Below, piece after piece: positions 21,934 to 31,750 of a stretch of 64,000 nt of DNA. The DNA is from an uncultured Flavobacterium sp. GTDB taxonomy: Bacteria; Bacteroidota; Bacteroidia; Flavobacteriales; Flavobacteriaceae. Under the pieces are notes generated by a model. That model saw nothing but the letters and a program-made list of their open reading frames with translations. It ran no database searches and was not told where the DNA came from. Location of the stretch: the NCBI GenBank assembly GCA_964414655.1, contig CAYPXI010000001.1, positions 2,984 through 66,983 on the forward strand, in the 5' to 3' direction. The stretch's first letter is position 1. Each line of letters begins with the position of its first letter. The translations under genes were made by a program, and so were the position numbers.

Positions 21934-24885
21934 ATGAAAAAGTTAATTTACATTTTATTGCTGTTGCCTTTTTGTGTAAATGCACAGATTGTAACTATTC
22001 CAGATGCGAATTTTAAAACTGCTTTAATTGCTCAAGGAGTTGACACCAATTCAGATGGTGAAATTCAAGAGATTGAGGCAATGAATGTTACTAGCTTAAC
22101 AGTAGTTAGCGCTGGTGTTGCTGATTTTACAGGGATTCAGAGTTTTACTAATTTGATCGATTTTTTTTGTCACAATAACTTGGCAACCAGTTTGGATGTT
22201 TCTAATTTGAACAACTTGCAACAATTGCGTTGTGAGAACAATTTGATAAGTACGTTAAATCTAACAGGTTGTGCTAGTTTAATGACTTTGGATTGTCATA
22301 ATAATTTGCTAACTAATTTAGATATTGCTGGACTTCAAAATTTAATCGATGTTTATTTGCAAAATAATCCTCAATTAGTGACTATTAATGCATCAGGGTG
22401 TTTAAGTTTAAATCTCTTGAGTTTGTATGAATCTAATGTTTCACCTTCAAGTTTCCCATCACTTCAATCCGTGGATATTTCGAATTGTTCGTCGTTAACT
22501 TATTTTCGAATTGTTGAACCCAATTTAGTCAATTTAAATACTTCGGGTTGTATTAGTTTGAATATAATGGTAATTCAAGACTCAAAGCTCACTTCATTAG
22601 ATTTTACAGATTTATTTGCTTTAAATTCACTTGATTGTTACAATAATTCTTTGTTAACATCTCTCAATTTATCGGGATTGATTTCCTTAACACAACTGAT
22701 TTGTGTAAATAATCAATTAACGACGTTAAATATAGATGGATGCATTAATTTGACTTATTTGGCTTGTTATGATAACCAATTAACCGGCACATTGAATGTG
22801 TCTAATTTTTCGCAATTGTTTGCTTTAGAATGCAATAATAACAATTTCTCATCTATTATTGCTTCCAATTGTGCGAGTTTGGAAACTGTAAATTATTCAC
22901 TAAATCAATTTTTGACTAGTGTTGATTTGTCTAATTGTCCAAGCTTATTAGCTGATGGAGGTTCTGCTGATGACATATCTCAATCGGCCTTACAATCCTT
23001 AAATTTGAGTAATTGTACTTCAATTGAACAAGTCAATGTTGCCACTCCTCAAATACAATCCCTTAATCTATCAGGTTGCGCAGCACTAACCATGGTTAAT
23101 TTATCAGGGTTAGTTTCGCTATCATCACTTGATCTTTCTGGATTGGCTAATTTACAAAATATTGTTGCCAATAATAATTCATTGACTTCGGTTAATTTGA
23201 GTGGATGCCTTAATTTGAATGCCGTTTTTTTCAGTAATAACAATTTGACTTCAATCAATTTTGTTGATTCACCCGCTATAACAGAGATTTATCTCGATAA
23301 CAATCAACTTTCAACATTAGACGTAAGTGGTAATCCCAATTTGCAACTACTTGGTCTTAGCAATAATCCTTTGGTAAATTTATTTGCTAAAAATGGGGCC
23401 AATGAAACAATTAGCTTTTCAGGAAATTCAAACCTTCAATTTGTTTGTGTTGATGAATCACAAGTTGCAACAGTCCAAGCCGATTTGAATAGTGTAGGTT
23501 TAACATCTACGGTTTGTAATTCATATTGTTCATTTACTCCAGGCGGAAATTACAATACTATTTCTGGAACCGTACGATACGATGCCAATAGTGACGGCTG
23601 CGATACTAATGATGCCCTACAATCGTTGGTTCGTATTAATGTTGGTAGTACAAACAACAATCAAGCTGTTTTTACCAATTCTTTAGGCCAGTACCAACGC
23701 TATGTTTTGCAAGGTGATTATAGTGTAACACCTATTTTAGAAAATTCAATTTGGTTTTTCTCAACTCCAACAGATGCAACGGTTTCTTTTCCCAATACCA
23801 ATAGCAACGTTGAGGTCATCGATTTTTGTATTGCGCCAACTCCACCGCATACGGATGTGGAAGTTGTAATTGCCCCGATTGTACCCGCGCGTCCAGGTTT
23901 TAATGCGACTTATTTGATTACTTATAAAAACAAAGGAAATACAATTGTAAATGGTCAAATAGCATTTAATTTTGATGATGCAGTTTTAGACTTTGTTTCA
24001 TCAACCGCAACTCTAACCACTCAAAATTTAGGAGTGTTATTATTTGATTATTCTAATTTACAACCCTTAGAAGTAAGGAGTTTTCAAATTACTTTAAACG
24101 TCAATTCGCCTCAGGAAATTCCTGCAGTCAATATCAATGATGTACTACAATTTGGAGCAATAATAACCACCGATTTGGCCGACGAAAATAGTGAGGATAA
24201 CATATTTGTATTCAATCAAACTGTGGTAGGTTCCTACGATCCTAACGATATTACTTGTATTGAAGGCGAAGTAGTTCCACCAAGTGAAATAGGCGAGTAT
24301 TTGCATTACATCATCAATTTTGAAAATACAGGTACTGCCGAAGCTGAAAATATAGTGGTAAAAGTTGAGGTTGATGAAAATCAGTTTGATATCGATTCAT
24401 TGCAGCTACTAAACACTTCTCATGGTGTTAATGCCAGAATTGATGGCAATAAAGTTGAATTTATCTTCCAAGAAATTTGGCTTGACACAGGCGGACACGG
24501 TAATGTATTGCTCAAAATTAAATCAAAAAATAATCTTTTAGAAGGCGACACTGTAGCCAAACAAGCCAATATTTACTTCGATTACAATTTCCCTATCGAA
24601 ACCAATATTGCCAACACTACGTTTGAAGTTTTGAGCAATGGTAATTTTGCAATCGATGAATCGATAACTGTTTTCCCTAATCCTACAAATTCAATTGTCA
24701 ATATCAATTGCAATAACAATATCAAATCGGTCGAGATATACGATGTACAAGGTCGATTGTTGCAAACTCAAATTGTAGATAACACTACCGCAAGTTTGGA
24801 TATTTCAAATAAAACAAACGGAATTTATTTCGCCAAAATCACTTCAGAAAATGGAGTAAAAGTCGAAAAAATCAGTAAAGAATAG
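21934..24885 (+). CDS. T9SS-sorted LRR surface protein, long LRR array (LRR-3)
   Basis: 983 aa; IPDANFKTALI, DTNSDGEIQEIE, about 20 LRRs, DUF11-like domains, T9SS CTD; starts 4 nt after LRR-2. Confidence 0.8.
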   Translation: MKKLIYILLLLPFCVNAQIVTIPDANFKTALIAQGVDTNSDGEIQEIEAMNVTSLTVVSAGVADFTGIQSFTNLIDFFCHNNLATSLDVSNLNNLQQLRCENNLISTLNLTGCASLMTLDCHNNLLTNLDIAGLQNLIDVYLQNNPQLVTINASGCLSLNLLSLYESNVSPSSFPSLQSVDISNCSSLTYFRIVEPNLVNLNTSGCISLNIMVIQDSKLTSLDFTDLFALNSLDCYNNSLLTSLNLSGLISLTQLICVNNQLTTLNIDGCINLTYLACYDNQLTGTLNVSNFSQLFALECNNNNFSSIIASNCASLETVNYSLNQFLTSVDLSNCPSLLADGGSADDISQSALQSLNLSNCTSIEQVNVATPQIQSLNLSGCAALTMVNLSGLVSLSSLDLSGLANLQNIVANNNSLTSVNLSGCLNLNAVFFSNNNLTSINFVDSPAITEIYLDNNQLSTLDVSGNPNLQLLGLSNNPLVNLFAKNGANETISFSGNSNLQFVCVDESQVATVQADLNSVGLTSTVCNSYCSFTPGGNYNTISGTVRYDANSDGCDTNDALQSLVRINVGSTNNNQAVFTNSLGQYQRYVLQGDYSVTPILENSIWFFSTPTDATVSFPNTNSNVEVIDFCIAPTPPHTDVEVVIAPIVPARPGFNATYLITYKNKGNTIVNGQIAFNFDDAVLDFVSSTATLTTQNLGVLLFDYSNLQPLEVRSFQITLNVNSPQEIPAVNINDVLQFGAIITTDLADENSEDNIFVFNQTVVGSYDPNDITCIEGEVVPPSEIGEYLHYIINFENTGTAEAENIVVKVEVDENQFDIDSLQLLNTSHGVNARIDGNKVEFIFQEIWLDTGGHGNVLLKIKSKNNLLEGDTVAKQANIYFDYNFPIETNIANTTFEVLSNGNFAIDESITVFPNPTNSIVNINCNNNIKSVEIYDVQGRLLQTQIVDNTTASLDISNKTNGIYFAKITSENGVKVEKISKE
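24097..24885 (+). repeat. Second copy of the 789-bp near-identical segment (see 21141-21929)
   Basis: Direct comparison of the two DNA stretches. Confidence 0.9.
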
Positions 24886-24898
24886 TTAGTTGGGTTAT

Positions 24899-24937
24899 CC
24901 GCAGATAGTGTAAGTTAGTCATTGTCTGCGGTTTTTT
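24899..24937 (+). terminator. Rho-independent terminator after LRR-3 (first of two in tandem)
   Basis: CCGCAGA / TCTGCGG stem followed by T6. Confidence 0.8.
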
Positions 24938-24957
24938 ATCCGTAATCAACAATAGTT

Positions 24958-24985
24958 AGCTTGGTGTATACATCAAGCTTTTTTT
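24958..24985 (+). terminator. Second tandem terminator
   Basis: AGCTTG-GTGTATACAT-CAAGCT followed by T7. Confidence 0.75.
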
Positions 24986-24999
24986 ATAGCTTTCAAACA

Positions 25000-25064
25000 A
25001 ATTCTCATTCAATCCAAGCAAATTCTCATTCGTAAATTTTGCACTAAATATTATTTTACATTTG
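25000..25064 (+). promoter_or_regulatory. Candidate LytTR operator (variant half-site) plus promoter of the HK2-RR2-LRR operon
   Basis: AATTCTCAT at 25000-25008 and 25021-25029 (the 12-mer AAATTCTCATTC is repeated perfectly), 21-bp phase. 27 nt downstream lies a perfect TAnnTTTG box, TACATTTG (25057-25064); the ATG is at 25087. Confidence 0.55.
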
Positions 25065-25086
25065 TTTAGAAATAAACTCAAAGCGA

Positions 25087-26988
25087 ATGCAATTCAAAAA
25101 AATATATTGTCTGTTTTTTTTAGTTTTTACCTTCTTTGGGTATTCTCAAAACGACACGGCTTCAATTGAAAGCCTGAAAAAACAATTTGATAATGAAAAA
25201 AACGAAGTAACTCGAGCTAAAGTTGCACTTCAAATTGCTGAGCAAATTAATTATACAAATGTGGATGAAGTGGTTTTTTATGCTCAAAAAGGATATGTAA
25301 TTGCCAAACAAAGCAATGATTTTGAGCAACAAGTAAAAGCTATTCAATTTTTAGGAAATGCAGCAATCATCAAAGGAAATTATAAACAAGCAACTCTTTT
25401 TTTTACCGAAGCAAAAAATATTTTCGAGAACCATCTTCCTCAAAATCAGGAAGGACTAATTAAAACTTTGGGTAGTTTGGGTGTAATAGCTTCTGAGCAA
25501 AGTGATTATAACAAAGCACTAGCGTATTATTTTCAAGGTAAAAAAATAGCCGACAAACACCAACTCGTTGCTTTGCAAATCATTTTGAATAATAATATTG
25601 GAGTGATTTATAAATCGACTAATCGCTACAAAGATGCTTTAAAAATATTGAACGAAACACAATTGTTGCAGCAAAAAACAAAGCATCCAGGAAGAGGGAC
25701 AACTTTGACAAATATTGCGACTATTTACGAACAATTGAACCAAAACAATCAAGCAAAAAAATACCTTGATTTAGCTGATGTCGAATTGAAAAATAGCCAA
25801 GATTATAGAGCAATAGGCGAGTGGAACAACAATATGGGTTCGTATTATTTTAAAACCAATGATGTTAGTAGTGCCGAAAAACATTGGAATGTAGCCTTGT
25901 CAAGTTTTGTTAAAATACAAGATCAATTTGGGAGTTTTGATACGTATTGGTATTTAGCCATTTTAAAAAAGAAACAAAATCAAATTAGTTTGGCATTGCA
26001 AATGGCGCTTAAAGCCAAAGAATTAGCCGATGCAACTCAGGTATTAGAACACCAAACCAAAGTTGAAAAACTCTTGAGCGAATTGTATGAGATGAACAAG
26101 GATGTAAACCTTGCTTTACAACATTTTAAAAAACATCAGGTGTTAAAAGACAGTTTGGTGAATCAAGAAAACATTCGAAAAATGGCGCAAGTCGAGATGG
26201 ATTTTACTTTCGAAAAAGAAAAATTGAACCACCAAGAAGCCTTGAATAAAGCCAATAACAAACAATGGTTTTGGGCATTGGGAATACTTATTTTAGTACT
26301 GCTATTTGGATTGTTTTACCTTCAAAATAAAAAAGAACAGCAAAAACAACAATTGCTACTCGAAAACCAATTGCTCGATTACAAACAAAAAGCCTTGCAT
26401 TTGCAGATGAATCCACACTTTTTGTTCAATTGTTTGGCGGCTATTTCTTCCTATATCATGCAAAATGAAAAAGAAGCTGCAGCAAAGTATTTGGCTATGT
26501 TTTCAAAATTGATGCGATTTACGTTAGAATCATCCAAAGAAAATTGGATTACGATGGATAAAGAGTTGGCGAGTTTAAACCAATATTTATCACTCGAACA
26601 ATTGCGATTAAAAAATGTATTCGATTTCACTATCAATCGTTCCACTTCAGTAGAAGACGATATGCTCGTTCCGCCCATGCTGATTCAACCTTTGGTAGAA
26701 AATGCGATTATTCACGGTATTTTACCCAAGCAAGCCAAAGGAAAAATTGAATTGTATTTTGATGTTCTAGAAGATCAATTGCAAGTAATAGTTAGTGATG
26801 ACGGAATTGGAATTGAAAAATCGATGGAAGAAAAACAAGAACAAGTCGAATTGCATAAATCATTGGCTTTGAGTATCATCAAAGAGCGACTGGAAATGTT
26901 GCAAAAAAACAGCCATCAAAAAACACGATTAGAATACCAACCAACAAGTATAGGAACAAAGGTTTTACTGGTAATTCCGATAAAATAA
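25087..26988 (+). CDS. Exported-TPR sensor histidine kinase, LytS/His_kinase type (HK2)
   Basis: 633 aa, paralogue of HK1. Signal-like N-terminus, TPR region, one TM (WFWALGILILVLLFGLFYL), LQMNPHFLFNCL motif, and an HATPase_c region (VSDDGIGI). Confidence 0.85.
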   Translation: MQFKKIYCLFFLVFTFFGYSQNDTASIESLKKQFDNEKNEVTRAKVALQIAEQINYTNVDEVVFYAQKGYVIAKQSNDFEQQVKAIQFLGNAAIIKGNYKQATLFFTEAKNIFENHLPQNQEGLIKTLGSLGVIASEQSDYNKALAYYFQGKKIADKHQLVALQIILNNNIGVIYKSTNRYKDALKILNETQLLQQKTKHPGRGTTLTNIATIYEQLNQNNQAKKYLDLADVELKNSQDYRAIGEWNNNMGSYYFKTNDVSSAEKHWNVALSSFVKIQDQFGSFDTYWYLAILKKKQNQISLALQMALKAKELADATQVLEHQTKVEKLLSELYEMNKDVNLALQHFKKHQVLKDSLVNQENIRKMAQVEMDFTFEKEKLNHQEALNKANNKQWFWALGILILVLLFGLFYLQNKKEQQKQQLLLENQLLDYKQKALHLQMNPHFLFNCLAAISSYIMQNEKEAAAKYLAMFSKLMRFTLESSKENWITMDKELASLNQYLSLEQLRLKNVFDFTINRSTSVEDDMLVPPMLIQPLVENAIIHGILPKQAKGKIELYFDVLEDQLQVIVSDDGIGIEKSMEEKQEQVELHKSLALSIIKERLEMLQKNSHQKTRLEYQPTSIGTKVLLVIPIK

Positions 26989-26995
26989 TAGTAAA

Positions 26996-27751
26996 ATGAT
27001 AAAAGCCATTCTCATAGAAGACGACGAAATTCTTCGCAAAGGATTACACCAAATGTTGCAGTTGTATGCGCCTAATTTTGAGGTGATTGCTGAGGCTGAT
27101 ACGGTGGCTAATGCAGTTGAAATTTTATCAAAAAACGAACCCGATGTTGTTTTTTTAGACGTTATGCTTATTGGAGGAACTGGTTTTGATGTGTTGAAAA
27201 AATACCAAGAGAAAATCGGTTTTCCGAAGTTTCAATTGGTTTTTATCACGGCTTTTGAAGAATATGCAATTAAAGCATTTCGTATGAGCGCATTAGATTA
27301 TTTGTTAAAACCTATTGATCCCGATGAGTTGAAAGAAGTAATTAGAAAAATTGAAAAGATAAAAGCGCTCAGTCCTGTATCCTTTGAGTTATTGGTGGAT
27401 CAACTGAGCAAGCAAAACACGAACAAAAAAATAGCTTTAGCCACAGCAGAAGGCATTCACATTGTTTTAATTGATGATATCGTTTATGCGCAAGCGGACA
27501 ACAATTACACCACGATTGTGCTCCATAATAAAAAGCAAATTATAGTCTCAAAACCACTAAAAGAATACGAAGATTTATTAGCCGATAAAGGGTTCTTGCG
27601 CATTCATCAATCGTATTTAGTTAACATTCAATACGCACAGTTTTTTGATAAAATGGAACACATGTTACAACTCAACACCAACGATCTTCTGCCAGTGGCA
27701 AGCCGTAAAAAAGAAGTATTGTTGCAAACCATAACCAAATTAACAAGATAG
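26996..27751 (+). CDS. LytTR-family response regulator (RR2)
   Basis: 251 aa; receiver (VVFLDVMLIGGTGFD) plus LytTR domain (FLRIHQSYLVNI). Confidence 0.9.
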   Translation: MIKAILIEDDEILRKGLHQMLQLYAPNFEVIAEADTVANAVEILSKNEPDVVFLDVMLIGGTGFDVLKKYQEKIGFPKFQLVFITAFEEYAIKAFRMSALDYLLKPIDPDELKEVIRKIEKIKALSPVSFELLVDQLSKQNTNKKIALATAEGIHIVLIDDIVYAQADNNYTTIVLHNKKQIIVSKPLKEYEDLLADKGFLRIHQSYLVNIQYAQFFDKMEHMLQLNTNDLLPVASRKKEVLLQTITKLTR

Positions 27752-27776
27752 AAACATAAATAATAAAATAAAGCCT

Positions 27777-29921
27777 ATGAAAACAATTTTCAAACTCATC
27801 GTCTTTTTGTTTTTAGCAAATAGTGTACAAGCCCAAATCATCAATTTCCCAGATGTGAATTTTAAATCAATATTGCTGCAAGCAAGCATTATCAATGAGA
27901 TTGCCTACACTACGTCTAATAATTTTAACAGGATTGACACCAATAATAATGGTGAAATTGAGGTGAGCGAGGCAGCTCTTATTAAACGATTGTATGTTGG
28001 ATCATCTGGCATCACCTCATTGGAAGGAATATCAAGTTTTGTGAACTTGGAATTTATAAGCTGTGGTTATAATTTTATTTCAACCATAGATTTGTCGGGT
28101 TTAAACCAACTAACAGCTATTTGGGCAGATCATAATCAATTGACTAGTATTAATGTAGCTGCATTTCAAAATTTAACAACGCTTTATTTGGGAAATAATC
28201 AACTTCAATCCTTAGATGTATCCAACAATGTTAATCTTAATTATTTGTATATTGAAAATAATCAAATTCAAAGTCTTGATTTATCGAATCTGACCAGTTT
28301 AATAAGATTAGATTTTAGCAATAATCTGATTCAATCCATTGATTTGTCTAACAATGCTACAGCTATGCCTCAATTATTTGGTGCTAATAATAGTCAGTTA
28401 ACCACTTTGTTATTAAAAAACGGATTTACAGAAAACGATGGACTTGTTTTGACGAATTGTCCAAATTTGACCTACATTTGTGGTGATAATGCAGATTTAA
28501 ATTTCCTTCAAGCGTATGTACAAAACATTCTAGGATTGACAAATTGTACTGTAAATTCTTATTGCTCTTTTACGCCAGGTGGCAATTACAACACCATCAC
28601 AGGTGTAACTACTTTTGATAGTGATACTAACGGTTGTGATGTGAACGATTTACCTAAACCCAACATCAAACTCAACATCAACGACGGATCCAATCAAGGT
28701 GTTACTTTTACTAATAATTCGGGAAATTACAATTTTTATACTCAAGCAGGAAGTTTTACTTTAACACCCAATATCGAAAATCCTACTTGGTTTAATTTCT
28801 CGCCAGCAACGGCTACTATTCCTTTTGCCAACAACAATAACAATACAATCACCCAAAACTTTTGCATCGCTCCCATTGGCGTTCACAACGATTTAGAAGT
28901 GGTTATTGCTCCTGTTACACCTGCACGCCCTGGTTTTGATGCAACTTATAAAATAGCATATAAAAACAAAGGTAACCAAACGCTTTCCGGAAATGTAAGT
29001 TTAACATTTGATGATGATAAAACGGACTTTGTTTCTTCCAATCCGAATCCAGATAACTTAAATCTTAACTCACTTTCGTGGAATTATACCAACTTATTGC
29101 CGTTTGAAAATAGAGAAATCCTGTTAACTTTAAATGTAAATGGTCCAACCGAAACTCCAGCAGTCAATATTGGAGATGTATTGTATTTTACAACCGCAAT
29201 AAGTCCAATTGTTGGTGATGAATTACCAAATGATAATGCATTTAACTATGTACAAACGATTGTCGGAAGCTTTGATCCTAACAATATTGAATGTCTCGAA
29301 GGTGAAGTAGTGGCTCCAAGTTATATCGGACAATATTTGCATTATGCAGTCAATTTTGAAAACACAGGCAATTATCCAGCCGAAAATATCGTGGTTAAAA
29401 TAGTCATTGATACCACTAAATACAATATAAATTCGTTGCAATTGCTCAATGTTTCGCATAATTCGTATACTCGAATTTCGGGTAATGTAGTGGAAGTTAT
29501 TTTTCAGCAAATTAATTTAGATTCTGGCGGTCATGGTAATTTATTATTCAAAATTAGAACCAACAACAATCTAGTTCAAGGTAATGCTGTTGCCAAACGC
29601 GCCGATATTTTCTTTGATTACAACGCACCAATTGACACCGGAATGGCCAACACTACTTTTGAAGTGTTAAATAATAGTGTTTTTGAAATTGATAATTCCA
29701 TCTCGATTTATCCCAATCCTACTAATGGAAATGTCAATATCAATTGCAATAATACAATCAAAACAATTGAGTTGTATGATGTACAAGGTCGATTATTACA
29801 AACTCAATTAATCAATCAAGTGCAAACTACAATTGATATTTCGGAAAAATCAAATGGTATTTATTTCCTTAAAATAACTTCAGATAAAGGAAGTAAAGTT
29901 GAAAAAATTATAAAAGACTAA
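27777..29921 (+). CDS. T9SS-sorted LRR surface protein (LRR-4)
   Basis: 714 aa; FPDVNFKSILL, DTNNNGEIEVSE, LRRs, DUF11-like domains, T9SS CTD (YPNPTNGNVNI...GIYFLKI...KIIKD); starts 25 nt after RR2. Confidence 0.8.
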   Translation: MKTIFKLIVFLFLANSVQAQIINFPDVNFKSILLQASIINEIAYTTSNNFNRIDTNNNGEIEVSEAALIKRLYVGSSGITSLEGISSFVNLEFISCGYNFISTIDLSGLNQLTAIWADHNQLTSINVAAFQNLTTLYLGNNQLQSLDVSNNVNLNYLYIENNQIQSLDLSNLTSLIRLDFSNNLIQSIDLSNNATAMPQLFGANNSQLTTLLLKNGFTENDGLVLTNCPNLTYICGDNADLNFLQAYVQNILGLTNCTVNSYCSFTPGGNYNTITGVTTFDSDTNGCDVNDLPKPNIKLNINDGSNQGVTFTNNSGNYNFYTQAGSFTLTPNIENPTWFNFSPATATIPFANNNNNTITQNFCIAPIGVHNDLEVVIAPVTPARPGFDATYKIAYKNKGNQTLSGNVSLTFDDDKTDFVSSNPNPDNLNLNSLSWNYTNLLPFENREILLTLNVNGPTETPAVNIGDVLYFTTAISPIVGDELPNDNAFNYVQTIVGSFDPNNIECLEGEVVAPSYIGQYLHYAVNFENTGNYPAENIVVKIVIDTTKYNINSLQLLNVSHNSYTRISGNVVEVIFQQINLDSGGHGNLLFKIRTNNNLVQGNAVAKRADIFFDYNAPIDTGMANTTFEVLNNSVFEIDNSISIYPNPTNGNVNINCNNTIKTIELYDVQGRLLQTQLINQVQTTIDISEKSNGIYFLKITSDKGSKVEKIIKD

Positions 29922-29940
29922 ACAAGTTTAAAATTACTAA

Positions 29941-29966
29941 AAGCGTTCTTCGGAGCGCTTTTTTTT
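29941..29966 (+). terminator. Rho-independent terminator after LRR-4
   Basis: GCGTTC-TTCG-GAGCGC stem (one G-U pair, UUCG loop) followed by T8. Confidence 0.8.
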
Positions 29967-30048
29967 GAGCTATACCAATCTTGCATTTTTTATAAAAAAA
30001 TTAACGATTTCGTTGTCATATTTGTTTTTTAATTCATTTGGAATTCCA

Positions 30049-30056
30049 TAAATTTG
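30049..30056 (+). promoter_or_regulatory. -7 promoter box (TAnnTTTG) for gltA
   Basis: TAAATTTG lies 41 nt upstream of the ATG. Confidence 0.4.
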
Positions 30057-30096
30057 TTAAATTATTATTTATGAGACTTAATTTCCATATTATATC

Positions 30097-31380
30097 ATGT
30101 CAAAAACAGCAATATTAGAATACGATGGTAACAAGTATGAGTTTCCTGTAATCGTAGGAAGCGAAAACGAACCAGCCATTGATATCGAAAAATTACGTGC
30201 TTTAACGGGCGCCATTACGCTTGATCCAGGTTATAAAAACTCTGGTTCTTGTAAAAGTGATATCACTTTCCTTGACGGAGAAGAAGGAATTCTTCGTTAC
30301 CGTGGTTATGCTATTGAAGATTTAGCCGAGAAAGCCGATTTCCTAGAAGTTTCTTATTTGGTAATTTTTGGTGAATTGCCAACTAAAACGCAATTAGCGC
30401 AATTCGAAACCGATATCAGAAAGTATACTTTGGTCAACGAAGAGATGAAGAATATCATTGACGGTTTCCCAAAAACGGCGCATCCAATGGGCGTTTTGTC
30501 CTCTTTAACATCAGCATTGACCGCTTTCAATCCGAAAGTTGTTAATGTAGATAACGAAAAAGAAATGTATGAAGCAGTTTGCAAAACAATGGGAAAATTC
30601 CTTGTAATTGCTACTTGGACGTACCGCAAAATGATGGGTTATCCGTTGAATTATTATGATAATACCAAAGGTTATGTTGAAAACTTCATGCGTTTAATGT
30701 TTGAATTACCAACCGGACCTTACACTTCAAATCCAAAAGTAATTGATGCTTTAGATAAGTTATTTATTTTACACGCTGATCACGAACAAAACTGTTCTAC
30801 TTCAACTGTACGAATTGTTGGTTCTTCACACGCTGGTTTATTCGCTTCAATTTCTGCAGGAGTTTCAGCACTTTGGGGCCCATTGCACGGTGGAGCAAAT
30901 CAAGCCGTATTAGAAATGTTGGAAGATATTCAAAAAGACGGTGGTGATGCTGATAAGTATTTAGCGAAAGCCAAAGATAAAGATGATCCGTTCCGTTTGA
31001 TGGGATTTGGACATAGAGTATACAAAAACTTTGATCCAAGAGCTAAGATTATTAAAAAAGCTGCCGATGAAGTATTAAATACTTTGGGTGTTGATGATCC
31101 TATTTTGCAAATTGCCAAAAAATTAGAAGAATCAGCCTTGGTTGATGATTACTTTGTATCAAGAAAATTATATCCAAATGTAGATTTCTATTCAGGTATC
31201 ATTTATCGTGCATTAGGAATACCAACCGATATGTTCACCGTTCTTTTTGCTATTGGTCGTTTGCCAGGTTGGATTGCGCAATGGAAAGAAATGCGAATCA
31301 ATAAAGAACCAATTGGAAGACCTCGACAAGTTTACACAGGATATCCGTTAAGAGATTTTGTGGCGATGGAAAATCGATAA
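30097..31380 (+). CDS. gltA: Citrate synthase
   Basis: 427 aa; GFGHRVYKNFDPRA, HADHEQNCSTSTVR. Confidence 0.96.
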   Translation: MSKTAILEYDGNKYEFPVIVGSENEPAIDIEKLRALTGAITLDPGYKNSGSCKSDITFLDGEEGILRYRGYAIEDLAEKADFLEVSYLVIFGELPTKTQLAQFETDIRKYTLVNEEMKNIIDGFPKTAHPMGVLSSLTSALTAFNPKVVNVDNEKEMYEAVCKTMGKFLVIATWTYRKMMGYPLNYYDNTKGYVENFMRLMFELPTGPYTSNPKVIDALDKLFILHADHEQNCSTSTVRIVGSSHAGLFASISAGVSALWGPLHGGANQAVLEMLEDIQKDGGDADKYLAKAKDKDDPFRLMGFGHRVYKNFDPRAKIIKKAADEVLNTLGVDDPILQIAKKLEESALVDDYFVSRKLYPNVDFYSGIIYRALGIPTDMFTVLFAIGRLPGWIAQWKEMRINKEPIGRPRQVYTGYPLRDFVAMENR

Positions 31381-31401
31381 GAATAATTTAAATAAAAAAA
31401 A

Positions 31402-31431
31402 ACGACTTCAAATTGGAGTCGTTTTTTTTTT
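31402..31431 (+). terminator. Rho-independent terminator after gltA
   Basis: ACGACTTC / GGAGTCGT stem followed by T10, preceded by an A-run. Confidence 0.85.
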
Positions 31432-31750
31432 GCATATCTAATTCAAAAAAAATAAGAAAATACGTATATAATATATTAAAATTATGTATTTCAACGATTA
31501 TATGTGTGTTTAATGGATTTTTTTTGAAAAAATAAATATACATTTGAAATGTAGAATCACCCTAAATTCTACACTGTTTAAAAGTTTGACGAATCCCTAC
31601 AATGTTGAACTTTAATAAATAAAAATTTTGTGTTGTAATACCCTATAAATCAACACCAAATCAAAATAAAACTCGCTTATAAATTAGTGCAACTGATTTT
31701 GCGTAAACATAATATTTGATTGATTTATTAACCTACTAAATTTTGCAACT

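Noticed and set aside
31437-31448. TCTAATTCAAAA 12-mer, identical to part of the module-1 operator, just after the gltA terminator and upstream of A1
   Set aside because: No partner half-site lies 21 bp away and no -7 box sits at the fixed distance, so it is probably a chance AT-rich match. It would be worth including in a genome-wide motif scan.
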